NCBI GenBank assembly: GCA_012960845.1
Contig: DUAN01000157.1
Coordinates: 6,739-70,738, forward strand
Source of the DNA: Planctomycetota bacterium
GTDB taxonomy: Bacteria; Planctomycetota; UBA8108; UBA1146
Direction: 5' to 3'
DNA: 64,000 nucleotides
Position numbers and translations under genes: made by a program. This document shows positions 23,706-32,940 of this stretch, in pieces. Numbering within the stretch: position 1 is the stretch's first letter; each line of letters begins with the position of its first letter. The notes beneath the pieces are model-generated. The model was given only the letters and a program-made list of their open reading frames with translations. It was not told the DNA's origin and did no database searches.

Positions 23706-26700
23706 ATGCGTCCGGTCCGATTTGTCACCGCGGCCAGTCTCTTTGATGGCCACGACGCTTCCATCAACATCATGCGACGGGTCCTTCAGGACCGGGGCGC
23801 TGAGGTAATTCATCTGGGGCACAACCGGAGTGCCGAGGAGATCGTCGATACCGCAATTCAGGAAGATGCGGATGCCATCGCAGTGTCTTCCTATCAGGGT
23901 GGTCATAACGAGTTCTTTCGGTTCATGAGAGATCTTCTGGTGGAGAAGGGATGCCCCTGGATTCGTATCTTTGGCGGTGGCGGAGGTGTCATCGTTTCCG
24001 AAGAGATCGCCGCATTACACGAGTATGGTATCGAGCGGATCTATTCTCCAGAGGATGGTCGAGACATGGGCCTCGAGGGGATGATTCTTGACATGCTCAA
24101 ACGCGTCGGCTCCATCGAAGGAGCGGCGGACCGCGGAGCGGCACTTCCGCAACGAATCACCAGGGTCGAACTGGGAGAAGAGATCGAGACCAAGCCACAG
24201 GTAGTTCCGGTTGTGGGGTTAACTGGAACCGGTGGTGCAGGGAAATCATCTTTGACCGATGAACTCTTGAGAAGGTTGCTGCAAGATTTTCCGGATCGAA
24301 GATTTGCAGCGATCACCGTCGATCCGACCAAGAGGAGAACCGGCGGAGCATTACTGGGAGATCGGATTCGGATCAACAGTGCCGACAATCCCAGGGTATA
24401 TATTCGATCGCTGGCGACCCGGTCGAGTGGAGTAGAGGTTCCCGAGGCGATCCGAGGAGCGGTGGATCAACTCCGTTCAGAAGGCTTTGATCTGGTGTTG
24501 CTGGAGACATCCGGAATTGGCCAGGGGGACAGCCGGATCACCGATATCTCCGATCTGTCCGTCTATGTGATGACCCCTGAGTATGGAGCCGCAACTCAGC
24601 TCGAAAAGATCGACATGATCGATTTCGCCGACATCGTCGTCCTCAACAAGTTCGATCGTCCCGGTGCTCGTGATGCCATTCGAGATGTTCGCAAACAATA
24701 CCGGAGAAGCCGCGGTATTTTTGATCCAGACATCCGTGACGAGGATCTACCGGTATTCGGAACTACCGCCAGTCACTTCAATGATGAGGGGGTGGAACAG
24801 TTCTACACTCATCTTCTCGCCAGCCTGACCTCGGAAGAATCGGATCGATGGAACATCTCTCATGATCGCATCTCGGTAGACGGTGCCAGCAGGCCTTCGC
24901 CGATCCCACAGGAACGAGTGGGATACTTGCTTGAAATCGCCAATTCGATTCGCGACTACCATCAATGCGTCGAAAGCTCAGCACAGTTATCTGACGATGC
25001 CGAATCTCTGGGAAGAAGTTCGGAATTGATCGAGGCGGAAAACCCGGAGGCGAGCGCTCGATTGAGTGAGATGGCGATGACATTGCAGGGATCCATCGAT
25101 CCTCGAGTCCTCCAGTTGATTACACAGTGGCCAGCGCTGGCGGAGTCCTACCGGCAAGAGGAACTGGTTTTCCAGGTTCGAGATCGGGAAGTCCGGGAGC
25201 CACTTCAGTTCGAGTCTCTCTCGGGAAGTCACATCTCGAGGGTCTCCCTCCCCACCTTCAAGGGGCATGGAGATCTGACCCGCTGGTTGATGAAAGAAAA
25301 TCTGCCAGGGCACTTCCCCTTCACCGCAGGTGTCTTCCCATTTCGCCGAAGAGATGAGCACCCCAAGAGGATGTTCGCGGGTGAGGGACCTCCCGAGAAA
25401 ACCAACCAGAGGTTTCACTATCTGTGCGAAGGAGAGGACGTTCATCGGCTCTCCACTGCTTTCGATTCAGTCACGCTGTATGGCGAGGATCCAGATCCAC
25501 GTCCCGACATCTACGGAAAGGTCGGTGAAAGCGGCGTCAGCATCTGCAATCTGGAGGACATGAAGAAGTTGTACGCAGGTTTCGACCTGTGTGCTGCGAG
25601 TACCTCGGTCTCGATGACCATCAATGGTCCAGCGCCGATGATCCTGGCGATGTTCTTCAATGCGGCCTTTGACCAGCAGATCGAACTCCATCGCCAGAAA
25701 ACGGCATCTGATCCGTCTCCTGCTCAACTGGAGGAGATCAGATCTCATGTTCTTCGCAGCGTCCGGGGAACGGTACAGGCGGACATCCTCAAGGAGGACC
25801 AGGCGCAGAACACATGCATCTTCAGCACCGATTTTGCGCTGCGGATGATGGGGGATATCCAGCAGTTCTTCATCGATGAACAGGTCAGGAACTACTACTC
25901 GGTATCGATCAGCGGATATCACATCGCCGAAGCGGGTGCCAATCCCATCACGCAATTGGCTTTCACCCTGGCAAACGGTTTCACCTACGTTGAGAACTAC
26001 CTCTCACGAGGAATGTCGGTCGATGACTTCGCCCGCAACCTCTCCTTCTTCTTTTCCAACGGTCTCGATGCGGAATATTCCGTTCTGGGGAGAGTCGCTC
26101 GGAGGATCTGGGCCATCGCCATGCGTGATGTGTACGGCGCAAATGAGCGCAGTCAGAAGTTGAAGTACCACATCCAGACTTCAGGGCGATCGCTCCATGC
26201 GATGGAGATTGATTTCAACGATATTCGAACAACGCTTCAAGCGTTGATGGCGTACTACGACCAGTGCAATTCACTTCATACCAATGCCTTTGATGAGGCA
26301 ATTACCACTCCGACCCAGGATTCAGTTCGCAGAGCGATGGCCATCCAGTTGATCATTGCCGAGGAACTGGGGCTGGCCCGAAACGACAACCCGATTCAGG
26401 GTGCCTTCATCACCGATGAACTGACAGAACTGGTAGAAGATGCGGTGCTGGAAGAATTCCGACGCCTGCATGAACGTGGTGGCGTGTTGGGAGCGATGGA
26501 AAGACAGTACCAGCGCTCGAAGATTCAGGAGGAATCACTCCTCTACGAGCACAGAAAGCACACTGGCGAGCTTCCCATCGTCGGCATCAACACATTCTTG
26601 CGTCCCGGTGGCAGCCCGCAACCGAGTCATATCGAACTGCGCCGTGCGACTGCGGATGAGAAGAAGCAACGGATGGTGGATCTGGGGCAGTTCCATGATG

Positions 26701-26864
26701 ACCATCGTAGTGAAGTGGAGACTGCACTGCAGAGTTTGCAGCAGGTGGCCCTTACTGGTGGAAACATTTTTCGTGAGTTGATTGAAACGGTGCGAGTCGC
26801 AAGTCTCGGGCAGATCACACATGCGCTCTATCAGGTCGGTGGAAGATACCGCCGCAACATGTGA
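23706..26864 (+). CDS. icmF: fused isobutyryl-CoA mutase IcmF (B12-binding domain + MeaB-like G-protein + mutase TIM-barrel)
   Basis: The N-terminal B12-binding domain carries DGHD...G. The central P-loop GTPase reads VVGLTGTGGAGKSSL, and the C-terminus is a methylmalonyl-CoA-mutase-type substrate domain. About 1050 aa is typical of IcmF. Confidence 0.85.
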   Translation: MRPVRFVTAASLFDGHDASINIMRRVLQDRGAEVIHLGHNRSAEEIVDTAIQEDADAIAVSSYQGGHNEFFRFMRDLLVEKGCPWIRIFGGGGGVIVSEEIAALHEYGIERIYSPEDGRDMGLEGMILDMLKRVGSIEGAADRGAALPQRITRVELGEEIETKPQVVPVVGLTGTGGAGKSSLTDELLRRLLQDFPDRRFAAITVDPTKRRTGGALLGDRIRINSADNPRVYIRSLATRSSGVEVPEAIRGAVDQLRSEGFDLVLLETSGIGQGDSRITDISDLSVYVMTPEYGAATQLEKIDMIDFADIVVLNKFDRPGARDAIRDVRKQYRRSRGIFDPDIRDEDLPVFGTTASHFNDEGVEQFYTHLLASLTSEESDRWNISHDRISVDGASRPSPIPQERVGYLLEIANSIRDYHQCVESSAQLSDDAESLGRSSELIEAENPEASARLSEMAMTLQGSIDPRVLQLITQWPALAESYRQEELVFQVRDREVREPLQFESLSGSHISRVSLPTFKGHGDLTRWLMKENLPGHFPFTAGVFPFRRRDEHPKRMFAGEGPPEKTNQRFHYLCEGEDVHRLSTAFDSVTLYGEDPDPRPDIYGKVGESGVSICNLEDMKKLYAGFDLCAASTSVSMTINGPAPMILAMFFNAAFDQQIELHRQKTASDPSPAQLEEIRSHVLRSVRGTVQADILKEDQAQNTCIFSTDFALRMMGDIQQFFIDEQVRNYYSVSISGYHIAEAGANPITQLAFTLANGFTYVENYLSRGMSVDDFARNLSFFFSNGLDAEYSVLGRVARRIWAIAMRDVYGANERSQKLKYHIQTSGRSLHAMEIDFNDIRTTLQALMAYYDQCNSLHTNAFDEAITTPTQDSVRRAMAIQLIIAEELGLARNDNPIQGAFITDELTELVEDAVLEEFRRLHERGGVLGAMERQYQRSKIQEESLLYEHRKHTGELPIVGINTFLRPGGSPQPSHIELRRATADEKKQRMVDLGQFHDDHRSEVETALQSLQQVALTGGNIFRELIETVRVASLGQITHALYQVGGRYRRNM

Positions 26865-27332
26865 TCAGGTCGATTTTCTTCTCACTGACCAGCCGAGAAT
26901 CGCCACTGCAATGAGCGAAAGCCAGCCGTGTCCCTCGATCCATACCATCGAGTTCTGCGATGAGGTCCAGCCGAGCATGGGGATCAGTACCAGTCCCATG
27001 GCGATCGCCATCAGCCACCAGGAAAGCTGCCCGAGAATCGTCGTATCGACGGCTGGCCACCAGCATCGAATCACCAGCAGTGCAGCCAGCGGGCTCGCGA
27101 CCAGTAGATGCAACTGGAGCCAGTACCCTCTTAACTCATCCCCGACCGGCACGCCGGCAATCGAGGAGATGGTGCAGAGAAATGCCAGGAGCACCGTCCA
27201 GCGGGAGAGTCTCTGGATCACCGGGATTCCTCCTGAATCAACTTCCACAGCCCGAGCAATCCGCCGGAGATCGCCAGCAAGGTACAGATACTGAAGTAGA
27301 TCTTCCCCGCTTCCCTTCCGAGGAAGAGCCAT
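26865..27332 (-). CDS. hypothetical small membrane protein (weakly supported)
   Basis: A Trp-rich hydrophobic ORF sits directly downstream of the cytochrome gene on the same strand. It overlaps the cytochrome 3' end in another frame, so it could be spurious or start internally. Confidence 0.3.
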   Translation of the reverse strand: MALPRKGSGEDLLQYLYLAGDLRRIARAVEVDSGGIPVIQRLSRWTVLLAFLCTISSIAGVPVGDELRGYWLQLHLLVASPLAALLVIRCWWPAVDTTILGQLSWWLMAIAMGLVLIPMLGWTSSQNSMVWIEGHGWLSLIAVAILGWSVRRKST

Positions 27333-28918
27333 GACCAGATCTTCCAGCGACTGGAATCGATGATTCCACTCTCCATCGGAGAGGAGGTGGCTTCGATTTC
27401 GCCAGGGCCAGGCAGGGGAAGAAACGACGATGGACCGATCCTATCCTGCAACCAGCTGCTGGTGGAGGAGTGGCAATCGTTACAGCCACCGGCTCCCAGT
27501 GCGGCTCGTGCAGGTCGCACCGGATGGGAGAGGGCCCAGGACACTGCTTCAGCAGCGGGGGAAGCCGCTGCTTGCAGTTCATCTGCGTCAGTGACCTTCC
27601 ACAGACGGCCGCCGGTGATGAGGATCGCCTCCCTGCCATCTTCCAGCGGTTCCTGTAACTTCTTCAAGGCCTTTACCAGGACCGACGAGGCATTGCTTCC
27701 CTCTATTTGGTCGGACAGTTCCTCGACCAGGTCCGATCGTACCCTCAGAGCACGGCGCAGAAGCGGTCGAAGTTGTGCCGGGGTCAGTGGTGTGATGGTG
27801 CCGTTGGCCTCCAGAACTCCCCAGCCGTCGGGCCAGGTGAGACGGACCGGACTGATCCTCTGCTGGTCATCTCGCTGCAGGAATCCGCCGATGATGCGAG
27901 GTGGGATTCCGCCCAGACGCTCCTGACTCGCTTCTCCGAGTCGGTGGGCACGGGAGGTCCACTGGGCGACAGGGGAGCGCCCCGGACCTGGCCCTGCGTG
28001 ACAGGCGGTACAACTGATTTCTTCGAGGTGGAAGGGGGGGAGTCCCCGGTGTTCCGCCAGCGGCGCGCCGAACAAACCCCCATCCTCGTCGAGGTGGCAA
28101 CCTCGACAGCTGAGGGTGGTCACATCGGTCCCCGAGGGATGAACTTCACCCTCGTAGCCCCGGACCATGTGGTGATCGATTCCCGATCGGTGGCAATCGA
28201 CACAAGAGAGTCCGGCGGCGAGGTGGACATCATCCTGGTGATGCCATCGACGATCGTTCTGTTCATCCAGATCTCGAACCGTGTGGCAGCGAAGGCACGC
28301 CTGACTGCCCGCATCCCCGAGTAAGTTCAATTCCACCTGAGCAGTGGAATCGAAGCGACGGGGATCGAGTTGACCGGAAGTGTCGACCAGCCCGGCAGCG
28401 ACAAAGGGTGCCAGAGATGTATTCCCCGAGTCGATCTGCTCGATGCGTTTGGCGAAGTCGTAGCCACTGGCCAGGTGACAGACAAGGCAATCGGAGTCGT
28501 CGCCGGCTCCAGTATCATGGCGACCAAACTCCTGACTCCACTCTTGCTGGTCGAGGTCCATCGATGGGGGAGAGAGTAATCCAGGCCACTTCCTTCGGTG
28601 AAGTGGCATGCGAGTGGCACTGCGAGGATCGACCAGTATCCATGGCTCGCCGGCACGACCATCGGGTCCTTGTCCAGCATGAAGCCCACCGCTGGCCGCT
28701 TCGACATCATGACAGGGGGCACAACTCTTGCCGAGATGAGGAAGACTATCACTGTTGGAACCGGGATCGATGACCTCACCGCGGGAGTCTCTCAAGGGGA
28801 TCCGGTGCAGGTAAGGATCATCGGAGTCGGTGCGCTTCCAGACCGAGTCCTGTGCGGTGCCGATCGATCCGATCAGCACGGTGGTCATCAGGAATAGAAT
28901 CGCTGGAAGATTATTCAT
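27218..28918 (-). CDS. multiheme c-type cytochrome (7 CxxCH), signal peptide + C-terminal TM anchor
   Basis: The heme motifs are CAPCH, CLVCH, CLRCH, CVDCH, CRGCH, CTACH and CNDCH. It has an N-terminal signal peptide and a C-terminal hydrophobic helix. Confidence 0.8.
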   Translation of the reverse strand: MNNLPAILFLMTTVLIGSIGTAQDSVWKRTDSDDPYLHRIPLRDSRGEVIDPGSNSDSLPHLGKSCAPCHDVEAASGGLHAGQGPDGRAGEPWILVDPRSATRMPLHRRKWPGLLSPPSMDLDQQEWSQEFGRHDTGAGDDSDCLVCHLASGYDFAKRIEQIDSGNTSLAPFVAAGLVDTSGQLDPRRFDSTAQVELNLLGDAGSQACLRCHTVRDLDEQNDRRWHHQDDVHLAAGLSCVDCHRSGIDHHMVRGYEGEVHPSGTDVTTLSCRGCHLDEDGGLFGAPLAEHRGLPPFHLEEISCTACHAGPGPGRSPVAQWTSRAHRLGEASQERLGGIPPRIIGGFLQRDDQQRISPVRLTWPDGWGVLEANGTITPLTPAQLRPLLRRALRVRSDLVEELSDQIEGSNASSVLVKALKKLQEPLEDGREAILITGGRLWKVTDADELQAAASPAAEAVSWALSHPVRPARAALGAGGCNDCHSSTSSWLQDRIGPSSFLPLPGPGEIEATSSPMESGIIDSSRWKIWSWLFLGREAGKIYFSICTLLAISGGLLGLWKLIQEESR

Positions 28919-30098
28919 CGGTGTCGGATGTGGCTTTCACGACCGGGGTTCTCAACTCCTTGTAACCCTGTTGGATCTGCCGCTGGATCGACTCCACCTG
29001 CGAATCCCACCATCGATCCCACTGCTCGGGAGGGGGCGGGTTTGTCGGGCGAACCAACCGAAAACCGACATGGAACGCATCGGTGCACCACCAGATGCTC
29101 TTCGGTAACTGGGGGTCTCGTTTTTGCCACTTGCGGGTCGAGGGATAGCGAGCAGCGGAACGACAGCGCTCCGGATCATCCTGCCAGGAGCCTCCTCGAA
29201 CCACGGCTGGCCAGATCTTTTCGGGCCAGCGCACCGCAGCGGTAGCGGAGACCACCTTGTCGCCGTGGGCTGCATAGCCTTCGGCGAGGTAGCCATCGAG
29301 GGTCCACTCGGCGACATTTCCGTAGAGATCGTGCACTCCCCAGCGATTCGCCTTCAGGGTTCCCACCTTGCGATAGCCAGAGCCGAGGCCTGGGTATCCC
29401 GAATCGGGATCGTCATATTCGCTGTTGTCGAAGAACCAGGCATATTCCGCCAGTCGGGTCGCATCTTCACCGAAAGAAAATGCCGTTTGTTGGCCGCATC
29501 GAGCGGCGTATTCCCATTCCGCTTCGGTGGGCAGACGCAGAAACTGGCCCGTCTTCTTCGACAGCCACTTGGAGAATTGCATCGCTGCGAACTGGGTCAC
29601 ATCGGCGACCGGATAGCCCCCAGCAGTTCCCAGTCCTTCGAGGATGGGTCGGGAATCCTGTTCCCACAGAGGAGTGGGAATACTCACCGCATCGGCCCAC
29701 TCCGGTTGATCCGCCTGGTCACCCGAAATCCTCGTGTCCTGAAGGATGCCGTACTCCTGGCGGAACAGATCGTAGACATCCCAGGTCAACTCGTGCTTCA
29801 TGATGGAGAAGGGACTCACCTTGACGGTCCAGGTCGGCCCTTCGTCGGCAGACCTGCCCTTCTCGGTGGCGGGTGAACCGATGGTGATGGTCTCCGGGTA
29901 GCCATCACTGCCGACCGGTATCGAGACCCAGTGAATTCGCTGCTTCGATCCCGGAATCTGCTGGCTCTGGATCTCCGGTTCATCCGCGTTCGCAGTCATT
30001 CCGGTGAACAGGAGGATGACACCGAGCCAGATGGACGTCGGTGGTCTTTGCGTCAGAGTTCTCAGCGTCAGAGTTCTCAGCGTCAGAGTTCTCTTCAA
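28911..30098 (-). CDS. FGE/SUMF1-domain protein (formylglycine-generating-enzyme-like fold), secreted
   Basis: It has LPTEAEWEYAARCG, HDLYGNVAEWTLDGY and VRGGSWQDD, all hallmark FGE-sulfatase-domain motifs. The canonical C-terminal Cys pair of true FGE is absent (single Cys in PERCRSAARYP). Its stop overlaps the cytochrome start by 8 nt. Confidence 0.8.
   Translation of the reverse strand: MKRTLTLRTLTLRTLTQRPPTSIWLGVILLFTGMTANADEPEIQSQQIPGSKQRIHWVSIPVGSDGYPETITIGSPATEKGRSADEGPTWTVKVSPFSIMKHELTWDVYDLFRQEYGILQDTRISGDQADQPEWADAVSIPTPLWEQDSRPILEGLGTAGGYPVADVTQFAAMQFSKWLSKKTGQFLRLPTEAEWEYAARCGQQTAFSFGEDATRLAEYAWFFDNSEYDDPDSGYPGLGSGYRKVGTLKANRWGVHDLYGNVAEWTLDGYLAEGYAAHGDKVVSATAAVRWPEKIWPAVVRGGSWQDDPERCRSAARYPSTRKWQKRDPQLPKSIWWCTDAFHVGFRLVRPTNPPPPEQWDRWWDSQVESIQRQIQQGYKELRTPVVKATSDTDE
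30051..30093. repeat. 2.9 copies of a 15-bp tandem repeat (cgtcagagttctcag) inside the 5' end of the FGE-like CDS
   Basis: Read directly. On the coding (minus) strand it encodes (LRTLT)x3 between the Met-Lys-Arg start and the signal-peptide h-region. Confidence 0.9.
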
Positions 30099-30187
30099 GG
30101 GTGTCCTTCCAGGCTCTGCCTCGCTGGGTCCCAGCAGTTTTCGGCAGGGTGGTGCCCCCGGTAGCCGCGGGCGGGTACAAGGCAGAC

Positions 30188-31369
30188 ATGATGTCGTACT
30201 TCCTCCCTCCAGTCCAGATGTCCCCTATCGCTCCTCAGGGCATCTCGGCTCCTCAGGCCATCTCGGTGGATACTCCGAGGAATCGGGTTCGGTCGGCCCC
30301 GTTGCTGCTGTCGGCATTTCTCCTGCTGATGTGTGGCTGTCAATCGCCCCTTCACAGGGTTCACCTCGATCATCCCTCGATGGGAACTCGGTTTCAGATC
30401 ACCGTGTTCCACTCCGATCGAGATCATGCCCAGGCGTGGGTCCGTACCGCGTGGAACCGAGTCGATCAGATCGATCAGGCCTGTTCTGACTGGAAGGAAT
30501 CGAGCGAGTTGCGTCAACTGTGTCGCTCGGCGCCACATCTGAAACCCGTGGTGGTGAGTACGGACCTCCTTCAGGTGATGAAAAAAGCACTGGAAATCGC
30601 GCGGGCCAGCGAGGGTGCGTTTGATCCGACAGTCGGTGGATTGGTACGGTTGTGGCGACGATGTCATCGTGCCGGTCGATTGCCTCGAGATCATGAGGTG
30701 GAAAAAGCTCGCAAGGGAATGGGAATCGATGGAATCATCATCGATGAGGCCGCCAGTACCATCCAGCTCCTGCGAGAAGGTGTCGCCATCGACCTGGGTG
30801 GGATTGCCAAGGGGCACGCTGTGCAGGAAGTTTTTCAATTACTGGAGCAGCAGGGGATCCGCCATCTGATCATCGATGGAGGGGGCGACCTGGTGCTGGG
30901 GGATCCTCCTCCAGGACGTCGAGGATGGCGCATAGCCATCGGGACATCGAATCCGCAGGCCCCGTCAAACGGCACCCCCTTGAAACTGCTGATCCCCGGG
31001 CGGGCAGCGGTGGCGACCAGCGGAGATGCCTCTCGGTTCACCGAGATCGAAGGGCGCAGATACAGTCATATTGTCGATCCGAGCAGCGGGTTGGGAATCG
31101 AAGGACCCCATCAGGTCACCGTCATCTCGACCGACGGTGCCATCGCAGACGCCCTCGCCACCGCAATCTCGGTACTGGAGCCGCAGGCTGCGTCCGATCT
31201 TCTACAACGATTTCCCGGAAGTGCTGCACTGCTGGTCGATCCCCGCGATGGATCTCATCAGGTGCTCGGGGAGATGCCTCTGGCACCGAACAGTGATGGA
31301 TCGGTTGTGGAGAAGGGCGCTTCTGCTCTGTATTATGAGAAGTGTCCGCCGGGCTCGGTCGGCCAATGA
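30188..31369 (+). CDS. apbE: FAD:protein FMN transferase (ApbE family) lipoprotein
   Basis: It has a lipobox LLLMCGC and the motifs MGTRFQITV, FDPTVGGL, AIDLGGIAKGHAV and ATSGD. It is divergent from the FGE-cytochrome operon. Confidence 0.8.
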   Translation: MMSYFLPPVQMSPIAPQGISAPQAISVDTPRNRVRSAPLLLSAFLLLMCGCQSPLHRVHLDHPSMGTRFQITVFHSDRDHAQAWVRTAWNRVDQIDQACSDWKESSELRQLCRSAPHLKPVVVSTDLLQVMKKALEIARASEGAFDPTVGGLVRLWRRCHRAGRLPRDHEVEKARKGMGIDGIIIDEAASTIQLLREGVAIDLGGIAKGHAVQEVFQLLEQQGIRHLIIDGGGDLVLGDPPPGRRGWRIAIGTSNPQAPSNGTPLKLLIPGRAAVATSGDASRFTEIEGRRYSHIVDPSSGLGIEGPHQVTVISTDGAIADALATAISVLEPQAASDLLQRFPGSAALLVDPRDGSHQVLGEMPLAPNSDGSVVEKGASALYYEKCPPGSVGQ

Positions 31370-31387
31370 AGATGAAATGAGGGTTCG

Positions 31388-32779
31388 ATGGATCAGCACG
31401 ATGTAGATCAACTCGATGTAGATCAGCACGATGTAGATCAGCACGATGTAGATCAGCACGATGAAGATCAGCAGCATGAAGTTCAAACCAACTCAACATC
31501 CAGCGGAATCGATCGTCGTGTCTTTCTCAGCGCATCTGGCGGAGCACTGGCGGCTGCGGCACTGAGTTCGACCGCTCTCCAGGGGTTGCCCTCGATGATT
31601 CACAACTCAGTCGATGAGACGATTCGTGTCGGACTGGTCGGTTGTGGGGGACGCGGTACCGGAGCGGTGATCAATGCGCTCAACGTGGAACCGAGGGCGA
31701 AACTGGTTGCGATGGGAGACATCTTCAAGGATCGCCTCGATAGTTCACTGAAGAATTTGCTCGACGAGGAGCACGCCGATCGAATCGATGTTTCGGAAGA
31801 GATGCAATTCTCTGGTTGGGACAGTTTCGAGAAGGTGATCGATAACTGTGATCTGGTCATCCTGGCGACCACTCCGCACTTCCGACCGGAGCAGATCGAG
31901 AAGGCAGTGGCTGCAGGGAAGCACATCTTTGCCGAAAAACCGGTGGCCACCGATGCTCCGGGAGTGGCGAGGGTCAGGGCAGCGGCACGGATCGCCGACC
32001 AGAAGGGACTCACCCTGGTCAGTGGCCTCTGCTATCGCTACCAGGATGCGAAGCAACAGACCATCGATCGGGTCCACGACGGATCGATCGGAGACATCAT
32101 CACCCTTCAATGTACCTACAACACTGGAGGTCTATGGCACAGGGGTCGCAAGGATGAGTGGAGCGAAATGGAGTACCAGGTGCGAAACTGGTACTACTTC
32201 AACTGGCTCAGCGGCGATCACATCACCGAGCAAAGTATCCATAGCATCGACAAGATGATGTGGGCGATGAAGGATGCTCCGCCGGCCAAGTGTAGCGCCA
32301 GTGGAGGCCGAACGTGCCGGACCGAAGAGAAGTGGGGAGACATCTACGACCACTTCAATTGCGTGTTCGAATGGGAGAATGGCACCAAGTTGTTCCACTC
32401 CTGCCGCCAGTGGAGTGGCGCAGATGGTGACGTGAGTGATTATGTTCATGGAACCCGAGGAACCGCCGCAATCCAGCGTCATCGCATCGATGGAGAGGTC
32501 AACTGGAAATTCTCCGGTTCCCCCAACGACATGTACGACGCCGAATGGGTCGAGTTGTTTCGATCAGTCAAGGGTGAACGCGACCGCATCAACAATGGCG
32601 AGTACATGTGCAACAGTACACTGGCGTCGATCCTCGGAAGGACTGCAGCCTATACCGGGAAGACCATCACCTGGGATGAGATGACCAGCAGTGAACTGGA
32701 TCTGAGCCCGGTGGCCTATGAATTTGGTCCAGCTCCGGCGGTTGAAATCGCCAGGCCTGGAACCACCAAGTTCAGTTAA
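31388..32779 (+). CDS. Tat-exported Gfo/Idh/MocA-family NAD-binding oxidoreductase
   Basis: A twin-arginine motif DRRVFLSASGGALAAAAL is followed by a Rossmann fold IRVGLVGCGGRG and a Gfo/Idh/MocA C-terminal domain. It lies 18 nt downstream of apbE. Confidence 0.8.
   Translation: MDQHDVDQLDVDQHDVDQHDVDQHDEDQQHEVQTNSTSSGIDRRVFLSASGGALAAAALSSTALQGLPSMIHNSVDETIRVGLVGCGGRGTGAVINALNVEPRAKLVAMGDIFKDRLDSSLKNLLDEEHADRIDVSEEMQFSGWDSFEKVIDNCDLVILATTPHFRPEQIEKAVAAGKHIFAEKPVATDAPGVARVRAAARIADQKGLTLVSGLCYRYQDAKQQTIDRVHDGSIGDIITLQCTYNTGGLWHRGRKDEWSEMEYQVRNWYYFNWLSGDHITEQSIHSIDKMMWAMKDAPPAKCSASGGRTCRTEEKWGDIYDHFNCVFEWENGTKLFHSCRQWSGADGDVSDYVHGTRGTAAIQRHRIDGEVNWKFSGSPNDMYDAEWVELFRSVKGERDRINNGEYMCNSTLASILGRTAAYTGKTITWDEMTSSELDLSPVAYEFGPAPAVEIARPGTTKFS
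31391..31480. repeat. six 15-bp tandem repeats (gatcagcacgatgta-like) at the 5' end of the Gfo/Idh/MocA CDS
   Basis: Read directly. It encodes an acidic DQHDV pentapeptide repeat preceding the Tat motif. The reverse strand gives an artefactual ORF (ADLHR repeats). Confidence 0.9.
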
Positions 32780-32827
32780 CTAATTCTGGCATCAGGCGGT
32801 GTGCCTCCGGGCGCATCGTGACCCGCG

Positions 32828-32866
32828 TAGCCCTCGTGACCTTGGTTGCGAGGGCTATTTTCATCC
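32828..32866 (+). terminator. rho-independent terminator after the oxidoreductase gene
   Basis: A 9-bp perfect stem tagccctcg / cgagggcta with a 12-nt loop is followed by ttttcatcc. Confidence 0.65.
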
Positions 32867-32940
32867 GCATCCGGATTGTAGGGTGGAAGTGGTGAGTGGC
32901 ATGTGGCGTGCCCGAAGTCGCCATCGATCAGGAGAAGTGG

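Noticed and set aside
31122-31499. Minus-strand ORF encoding MLSWFELHAADLHRADLHR... repeats.
   Set aside because: It is the reverse-complement reading of the 15-bp tandem repeat at the start of the Gfo/Idh/MocA gene. It also overlaps the apbE 3' end on the opposite strand.
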